NCBI GenBank assembly: GCA_007375535.1
Contig: VMEM01000001.1
Location: 103,462-167,461 of the forward strand
Direction: 5' to 3'
DNA length: 64,000 nt
Source of the DNA: Parcubacteria group bacterium LiPW_41
GTDB lineage: Bacteria; Patescibacteriota; Minisyncoccia; UBA6257; GWB1-50-10
The notes beneath the pieces were generated by a model. That model was not told the DNA's origin, ran no database searches, and saw only the letters and a list, made by a program, of their open reading frames with translations. Of this stretch, positions 58,149 to 64,000 are shown in pieces; positions within the stretch are counted from its first letter, which is position 1; each line of letters begins with the position of its first letter. A program made the translations under genes and the position numbers.

Positions 58149-58280
58149 TATTCGCTTTGTATGGAGTGTATCTTAGTCTCTAAACAATTACATTCTCTTT
58201 TCGTCTATATGTTGGGATTGTATTGAGGAGAGAAAAGGAATATAACAAAATCAGTATTAACAAATAAATAAGGAGGAAAT

Positions 58281-58847
58281 ATGAGAAGGGCGTTTGTAAC
58301 CCCATGCTTTAGTGATTGGACCAAAGAAGTCTTTGTTCCTGGGCCAATGCGAATTATTAATGGGAAGAGGACCGACTATCCAATTCGGCGGATACTTAGA
58401 GTTGATGAGGTTGAGGGGATAGATTGGTATAGAAAACCAGACCCAGATTTTGAGATGGGGACATATTCGCGTTGTCATAGAGTGTTACGAAAAGTGTTAC
58501 AGATAGGAGATGTGTTGTTCTTTAGGACTTTGTGGCGAGATGCTCCATATCTCATCGGATATTTTGAGATTACCCAAAAAACAGGAGATGAAGAGAATCC
58601 CATCTGTGTTACTGATGTAACGCGCTCTAGATGTGTAGATTTTCTCATCCCAATTAGTCCTGGTATGGTCTTGATGGCAAACGAGAAGGCAAGGTTGGGA
58701 AGTCGACATTTTAATAAACTAGTGAATGAGTATATGGGAAGATCCTATTTGGAATTAATGCCAGGGGTTGCAACTTGTTTCAAACACTATGTTGATTTAG
58801 TGGCTTATTGTAGGAAAGAGAATCAGAAATTATATCCGCTCAAGTGA
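58281..58847 (+). CDS. Hypothetical Cys-containing protein (188 aa) with strong Shine-Dalgarno
   Basis: AAGGAGG lies 6 nt upstream of ATG. No recognisable domain. The stop codon is embedded in a terminator hairpin. Confidence 0.35.
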   Translation: MRRAFVTPCFSDWTKEVFVPGPMRIINGKRTDYPIRRILRVDEVEGIDWYRKPDPDFEMGTYSRCHRVLRKVLQIGDVLFFRTLWRDAPYLIGYFEITQKTGDEENPICVTDVTRSRCVDFLIPISPGMVLMANEKARLGSRHFNKLVNEYMGRSYLELMPGVATCFKHYVDLVAYCRKENQKLYPLK

Positions 58848-58860
58848 GCGGATTTTTTTT
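58833..58860 (+). terminator. Rho-independent terminator
   Basis: TCCGCTCA/TGAGCGGA hairpin followed by T8. Confidence 0.65.
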
Positions 58861-58890
58861 CTTTGTATTGTGTGGTAATTTAAGTGAGTA

Positions 58891-59331
58891 ATGACAATGA
58901 TTGCGGAAAACAAAAAAGCTCGATTTGATTATGAACTCTCCGAAACATTCGTTGGGGGGATTGTGTTAACAGGACACGAAGCAAAGTCCGCAAAGATGGG
59001 AAGAATGGATTTATCAGGAAGTCATGCGATTGTGCGCGGTGGGGAAGTATACTTGTTAAATTCTTCAATTCACTCATTTCAAAAAGGAAATGCTCCAGAA
59101 AATTATGAAGAGCTTCGCACTCGAAAATTATTATTTTCAAAAAAAGAGTTACAAGAGATAGTAGGAAGAATACAGTCAGGATTTTCTCTTGTTCCACTCA
59201 AAGCATTTATTTCACACGGGTTTATAAAAATTGAATTAGCACTTGCTCACGGTAAGAAAAAATCCGACAAACGAGAAACGATTAAGAAGAGGGAAGTGGA
59301 ACGAGAAATTCAAAGAGGAGTGAGAAAATAA
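58891..59331 (+). CDS. smpB: SsrA-binding protein SmpB
   Basis: Conserved SmpB core (ARFDYELSETFVGGIVLTGHE) and a basic C-terminal tail. Confidence 0.9.
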   Translation: MTMIAENKKARFDYELSETFVGGIVLTGHEAKSAKMGRMDLSGSHAIVRGGEVYLLNSSIHSFQKGNAPENYEELRTRKLLFSKKELQEIVGRIQSGFSLVPLKAFISHGFIKIELALAHGKKKSDKRETIKKREVEREIQRGVRK

Positions 59332-59334
59332 AAA

Positions 59335-59365
59335 AACAACCACTCTATCGGTTGTTTTAGTTTGT
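59335..59365 (+). terminator. Rho-independent terminator after smpB
   Basis: AACAACC-actctatc-GGTTGTT hairpin followed by TTAGTTT. Confidence 0.55.
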
Positions 59366-59378
59366 GGAGATGACCGGA
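59355..59378. repeat. 24-nt duplicate of the ssrA 3' end (TTTTAGTTTGTGGAGATGACCGGAG versus TTTTAATTTGTGGAGATGACCGGAG at 59542..59566), 173 nt beyond the tmRNA 3' terminus
   Basis: Direct repeat seen in the sequence. Covers the acceptor 3' strand, half the T-arm and ~9 nt beyond the mature end. Confidence 0.75.
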
Positions 59379-59551
59379 GAATTTCACTACTCGTTCTCAC
59401 TTTGTTCGAACTGCGTTTTCAAAACCCACGGTTTTGAATAATTTCCTCCACGGGAGGATGTGCTATCCTCCCGACCCCTCCTCAGCTGTTCAACTCCTAT
59501 TCATACCACAAAAATTAAAAAACTCACCACAAAGGCGAGTATTTTAATTTG

Positions 59552-59890
59552 TGGAGATGACCGGAGTTGAACCGGTGTCCAAAATACTTCCAATATACAA
59601 TCTACAAGCTTAGTGTAAGAAACACGATAGTGAATCTTTTGTTAACGCATCATAGTTGAAAGATTCAAAACAACTATGTGTGTGCCTCATATATAACACC
59701 AGTAGATCCCTATGAGACATTAGGTACTGATGCCCACCTTAAATTAGGTGAGTGCCCCGTTATGCTGCGAAAGCAAAAGCAGGGACTGCAACTCTTTGGT
59801 TGTCAGTTATTGTTTGTTGTCAGATTTAGGAGGTAACAAGCTCCGCCTGCACATATATAGGTTGGTACTCTGTCGAAGCCCAACATCCCC
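59552..59890 (-). ncRNA. ssrA: tmRNA (transfer-messenger RNA), ~339 nt, minus strand
   Basis: Minus-strand 5' end GGGGAUGUUGGGCUUCGACAG resembles the consensus GGGGcuGauucuGGAUUCGACGG. Minus-strand 3' end GGACACCGGUUCAACUCCGGUCAUCUCCA resembles E. coli GGACGCGGGUUCAACUCCCGCCAGCUCCA. The 7-bp acceptor has a G3:U70 wobble (AlaRS identity). Candidate tag ORF ends ...GCTTTCGCAGCATAA (xAFAA*). Adjacent to smpB. Confidence 0.8.
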
Positions 59891-59987
59891 TTTTAAGTAA
59901 CGTTCATATTATACTACAATTTTAAAGATAAAGCAAACACAAACATATTCGCTTTATAAATAAAACAAACTCTGTTTTAATTGAGAT

Positions 59988-61568
59988 ATGAAAGAAAAAG
60001 TCGTGAAGGCACTAAAAAAGGCGATTTCTGAAGAAATAGCCATTGAGGTCTCAGTTCCTGATCAAGAGGAATTTGGGCATTACAGCACCAACGTCGCATT
60101 TAAACTTGCGCGCGTGCGTCGTACCTCGCCTCTCACGGTTGCGGAGGAGATTGTTTCGATAATTAGAAAAGAGAAATTTTTTTTTCGTGCTGAAGTAGCA
60201 CATCCTGGATTTATTAATGTGTGGATTTCTGAAAAAGAACTAGCAAAAGAACTAATCTCTATTACAAAACAAAAAAATAAGTACGGAACAAAAAAGCAAA
60301 TAAAAACAACAAAGAAAAAAATGCAGGTTGAGTTTGTTTCTGCAAACCCAACAGGACCCCTTACTCTCGCAAATGGACGCGGTGGTTTTTTAGGGGATGC
60401 AATTGCAAATGTGCTCATTTCTCAAGGACACACGGTGGAGCGGGAATATTATGTAAATGACACAGGAAATCAAGTTCAGACACTTGGGAAATCTATTGTG
60501 GCAAATTGTGGATTTATTCCATTTGAAGAAAATTATTATAAAGGGGAGTACGTGAAAGCGTGGGCAGAATCTCATGCATCATTTGTAGAAAAAAATAAGA
60601 ATAAATTTGAAGCGGTTGGGGAGTGTGCCGCAAAAGATTTTTTGAAGATGATCAAAGAGGCGCTTGAAAAAAAAGCACACATACACTTTGATCGATATAC
60701 ATCAGAAAAAATAAATATTCATGAAGCAGGATATGTAAAAAAAGCGTTTGAATTGTTTTCTAAAATTGGAAAAACATACGAGGCGGATGGCGCGGTATGG
60801 CTTAAGACAACTGAATATGCCGATGATAAAGATAGAGTGCTTTATACTAGCGAAAAAACACCAACATATTTTCTCGCAGATGCTGGACATTATCTCGAGA
60901 CAAAAAAGCGTGGATTTTCCGGGAAAATATTAATTCTTGGTCCTGATCACTATGGATATGTTGCTCGAATTCAGGCTGCAGCAGAGCTCGTTGGACTTAG
61001 GGAATCAAAGGTGATAATCACGCAAGCGGTTCGATTGGTTGATAAGGGAAGCGAGGTGAAGATGTCTAAACGTAAGGGACAATTTGTTACATTTGCGGAA
61101 CTTATGGAAGAGGTGGGAATGGATGCTGCACGTTTTTTCTTTTTGATGATCTCTCCTGATAGTCATATGGATTTTGATATTGGACTTGCGAAAGAACGAT
61201 CAGTAAAAAATCCTGTGTTTTATGTGCAGTATGCGTTAGTAAGAGCGGGGAGCATTCTTGAAAAAACAAAAAAACAAACAACAGTTGATCTTTCTCTTCT
61301 CTCAACAAAAGAGGATATAGCTCTTATAAGAAAACTTGTTGAGTTTCCTGATGTTTTAGAAAGTGTTTCGGATGATTTTGGAATTCATCATCTCACACAG
61401 TATGCAAGCGAGTGTGCAAAAACATTCCACAATTTTTATGAAAAGGAAAAGGTAAGCGGAGAAGAAAAGAAAATTGCGGGAGCTCGAAGAGTTCTTGTTG
61501 AGGCGTCTTATTATGTGTTACAAAACACACTTCAAATTCTTGGTTGTTCTAGACCTAAAAAAATGTAA
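59988..61568 (+). CDS. argS: Arginine--tRNA ligase
   Basis: ArgRS N-terminal add-1 domain. SANPTGPL... catalytic core. KMSKR motif (VKMSKRKG). C-terminal DALR anticodon-binding domain. The HIGH position reads TLAN. Confidence 0.9.
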   Translation: MKEKVVKALKKAISEEIAIEVSVPDQEEFGHYSTNVAFKLARVRRTSPLTVAEEIVSIIRKEKFFFRAEVAHPGFINVWISEKELAKELISITKQKNKYGTKKQIKTTKKKMQVEFVSANPTGPLTLANGRGGFLGDAIANVLISQGHTVEREYYVNDTGNQVQTLGKSIVANCGFIPFEENYYKGEYVKAWAESHASFVEKNKNKFEAVGECAAKDFLKMIKEALEKKAHIHFDRYTSEKINIHEAGYVKKAFELFSKIGKTYEADGAVWLKTTEYADDKDRVLYTSEKTPTYFLADAGHYLETKKRGFSGKILILGPDHYGYVARIQAAAELVGLRESKVIITQAVRLVDKGSEVKMSKRKGQFVTFAELMEEVGMDAARFFFLMISPDSHMDFDIGLAKERSVKNPVFYVQYALVRAGSILEKTKKQTTVDLSLLSTKEDIALIRKLVEFPDVLESVSDDFGIHHLTQYASECAKTFHNFYEKEKVSGEEKKIAGARRVLVEASYYVLQNTLQILGCSRPKKM

Positions 61569-62498
61569 TTAAGAGGCTATTATCTGAATGGCTATTATTC
61601 CCAAATAGAGGAGCACGAGAAGTGCTCCCTCTTTTTTTGAGAATTTCTTTCCGGTTTCATAAAAACGAAAGACAAAAAGGAGAAGTATTCCCGTTGAAAC
61701 ACTGAGCGCAATGTATGAACCAGTTTGTTCAATTGGGACTGGTTGAATAATTGATAGAATTCCAACAATAAGTGGATTTGCGATAACTGATCCAAAAATA
61801 CTCGCGAGCGAAAGCTCTGCAACGTGTTTTCTTATAGAACGAAATGAAACAGCGATCTCTGGAAGATTTGTTCCCAAAGAGAAAAGAATGAGACCAATGA
61901 AAAATGCTGAAATATTATATGACTCAAGAAGCGTTTCGGTTAGGCGGATAATAAGATTTGAAACAATGAGAAGTGACACAATTCCAACCAATGAAAAAAT
62001 AATTTGTTTAGACGGAGAATGATGATGGGTAATTGGTTTTATAACGTCTTTGTGTCCAATTTCTTCAAACAAAAATACAACCAAAACAAAATACATAACA
62101 ACAAGAAAAACCCCTTCAAAAAAAGATATCTCTCCATTTAGTCCAAGAAGGAATGGGAGAAATGAATATCCTAATATTGGAAGTATTGTTTTGTAGTTCC
62201 CATCTGTTGAAATCGGGCGAGAAAAAAATATAGAGACACCAAGTATAAGACCAAACAAGACAGAGATACCACCCAAAAGATTTCCCAATGAAAGATCACT
62301 CAGGTTTTTTGCTGATGCACTTACTGCGATTGAGAGTTCTGGAAGAGAGGTCAAAAAACCCAAAATAAATCCTAAAAATATTATTGGGATATTAAATGCG
62401 TGGCCAATTTTTCTTACTGAATCAACCACAAGGTCTGCAGATTTTGAAAGTAGATAAAAAAGTATTCCAATCGAGATAAAAATTAAAAAATTCAACAT
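61569..62498 (-). CDS. Ca2+/Na+ (cation) antiporter, CaCA family (YrbG-like)
   Basis: Two alpha-repeats with GTSLPE-type motifs (LTSLPELSIAV and LGTNLPEIAVS). About 10 TM, 309 aa. Confidence 0.75.
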   Translation of the reverse strand: MLNFLIFISIGILFYLLSKSADLVVDSVRKIGHAFNIPIIFLGFILGFLTSLPELSIAVSASAKNLSDLSLGNLLGGISVLFGLILGVSIFFSRPISTDGNYKTILPILGYSFLPFLLGLNGEISFFEGVFLVVMYFVLVVFLFEEIGHKDVIKPITHHHSPSKQIIFSLVGIVSLLIVSNLIIRLTETLLESYNISAFFIGLILFSLGTNLPEIAVSFRSIRKHVAELSLASIFGSVIANPLIVGILSIIQPVPIEQTGSYIALSVSTGILLLFVFRFYETGKKFSKKEGALLVLLYLGIIAIQIIAS

Positions 62499-62590
62499 GT
62501 ACTCAAATTATATCCTACTTTGTGGGTTTTAATGCAATACCAGATTCTAGTGGAAAAAAACCTAGATTTTTATTAGAATAAATACATATT

Positions 62591-64000
62591 ATGTTAAAGC
62601 AAGGAGAGCAATTTTCGTTGCCGGAAGTTGAGGAAAAAGTACTCGATTTCTGGAAGAAAAACCGTATTTTTGAATCTACACTCAAAAAAAAGAAAGGGTC
62701 TAAAGGTGATTTCATCTTTTATGAAGGGCCACCTACCGCAAATGGGAGGCCGGGTATTCATCACGTACTTGCGCGTTCTTTTAAAGATGTGGTGCCTCGA
62801 TATAAAACAATGCAGGGGTATACTGTTCCGCGAAAGGGAGGATGGGATACGCACGGACTTCCTGTGGAGCTTGAAGTTGAAAAACAGTTGGGTCTTAAAT
62901 CGAAAAAAGAAATTGAAGAGTATGGGGTCAAGGAATTTAACGCAAAATGTAAGGAGTCTGTTTGGAAATACAAAGATGAGTGGGAAAAACTTACCGAGCG
63001 TATGGGATATTGGCTTGATATTGATGATCCTTATGTAACATATGAAAATAATTATATTGAGTCATTGTGGAGTATTTTTAAAGAAATAAATAAGAAAAAA
63101 TTACTCTATAAAGGATATAAAATCGTTCCTTGGTGCACTCGATGCGGAACGGGTCTTTCTTCTCACGAACTTGCTCAGGGGTACAAAGAAGTTGAAGATA
63201 CATCGGTATATATAAAGTTTAAAGTAAAAAAGGGAGAAAAAATTGGAAACGATTTTGTTGCAGATCAAAAAACATTTATTCTCTCGTGGACGACTACTCC
63301 ATGGACACTTCCTGGAAATATTGCGCTTGCGGTTGGAGAAGATATTTCATATTCAATTATTGAGGTTGGAGAGGGAAAGAAAAAAGAGACTTTTATACTT
63401 GCAGAACCACGACTTCCTGTTATTGAAGAGAAGTATGTGATATTACACACAATAAAAGGGAAATCTTTGATCGGAGTTTCATATGAACCACTATTCGAAA
63501 TTCCTGCATTTGTTTCTGGGTCTGCAAAAGAAAAGACATATAAAGTTTATCCAGCAAATTTTGTTACTACAGAAGATGGAACTGGTGTAGTCCACACCGC
63601 GGTGATGTATGGAGAGGATGATTATAATTTAGGAAAAGCGGTTGGGTTGCCAGAAGTTCACACTGTTTCTGAGACTGGTGTGTTTGTTCCTGATGTTCCA
63701 TATTTTGCTGGGATGTATGCGAAAACAAAAACAACAGAAACAGCGATTATTGAAAAACTATCAGAACAAAACACTCTTCTGAGAACTGAGCAATACAAAC
63801 ACGAGTATCCATTTTGTTGGCGTTGCAACACACCACTTTTGTACTATGGGAGACATTCTTGGTTTATTGCAATGAGTGAGTTACGTGAAGAATTAAAAAA
63901 AGAAAACGAGTCTATTAATTGGATTCCTGATCATTTAAAAACAGGAAGGTTTGGTGAGTGGATAAAAGAAGTCAAAGACTGGGCAATTTCTCGAGAGCGA
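62591..64000 (+). CDS. ileS: Isoleucine--tRNA ligase, N-terminal 470 codons (continues beyond window)
   Basis: The frame is open from ATG 62591 to the window end, but the ORF track does not list it. Class I motif PPTANGRPGIHHVLAR, WCTRCGT zinc knuckle and editing-domain sequence typical of IleRS. Confidence 0.9.
   Translation, partial: MLKQGEQFSLPEVEEKVLDFWKKNRIFESTLKKKKGSKGDFIFYEGPPTANGRPGIHHVLARSFKDVVPRYKTMQGYTVPRKGGWDTHGLPVELEVEKQLGLKSKKEIEEYGVKEFNAKCKESVWKYKDEWEKLTERMGYWLDIDDPYVTYENNYIESLWSIFKEINKKKLLYKGYKIVPWCTRCGTGLSSHELAQGYKEVEDTSVYIKFKVKKGEKIGNDFVADQKTFILSWTTTPWTLPGNIALAVGEDISYSIIEVGEGKKKETFILAEPRLPVIEEKYVILHTIKGKSLIGVSYEPLFEIPAFVSGSAKEKTYKVYPANFVTTEDGTGVVHTAVMYGEDDYNLGKAVGLPEVHTVSETGVFVPDVPYFAGMYAKTKTTETAIIEKLSEQNTLLRTEQYKHEYPFCWRCNTPLLYYGRHSWFIAMSELREELKKENESINWIPDHLKTGRFGEWIKEVKDWAISRER

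Noticed and set aside
62628-63038. 136-aa ORF from the track
   Set aside because: It is an alternative frame inside the clearly conserved ileS reading frame (62591 onward).
1-64000. CRISPR arrays and rRNA genes
   Set aside because: No regularly spaced direct repeats and no 16S/23S/5S-like conserved stretches were seen on reading through the window.

Overview
This is a low-GC, gene-dense bacterial chromosomal window that looks like a Candidate Phyla Radiation (Patescibacteria/Parcubacteria-like) genome. That placement is inference from gene content and composition only. The core is housekeeping: rpsO-pnp, ruvA, ruvB, ruvC, polA, tsaE, the rplT-rpmI-infC operon, rpsT, argS, ileS (partial), murB, PBP1A, clpC-like, smpB, and a textbook replication-origin locus (rpmH-rnpA-yidC-jag divergent from dnaA-dnaN, with DnaA-box-like repeats). 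RNA genes I found by eye that are absent from the ORF track: tRNA-Leu(UAG), tRNA-Arg(CCG) overlapping the 3' end of an O-antigen-ligase-family gene, a minus-strand tmRNA (ssrA) next to smpB with a G3:U70 acceptor pair, rpmH and rpmI (both <60 aa), and a strongly promoted and terminated ~210-nt candidate ncRNA between ruvB and pilB. The most unusual content is a conjugation/type IV secretion-like module with no relaxase or coupling protein. It comprises three tandem VirB2/TrbC-like pilin paralogs (737..1985), and further downstream (13373..26600) a VirB6/TrbL-like polytopic protein with a ~490-aa K/E-rich coiled-coil tail, a PrgI/VirB3-like small membrane protein, and a VirB4 ATPase split into two ORFs exactly at an A7 homopolymer. 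The same cluster holds several secreted proteins and a fourth pilin-like domain fused to a ~400-aa Cys-rich extracellular domain. Other points worth a second look: the 3' ends of both ssrA and tRNA-Arg are duplicated close by (integration scar or tandem duplication); a 24-bp near-perfect inverted repeat sits in a long AT-rich spacer; argS carries a degenerate HIGH motif (TLAN); and a NYN-domain gene lies between rpsO and pnp. No CRISPR array and no rRNA were seen.
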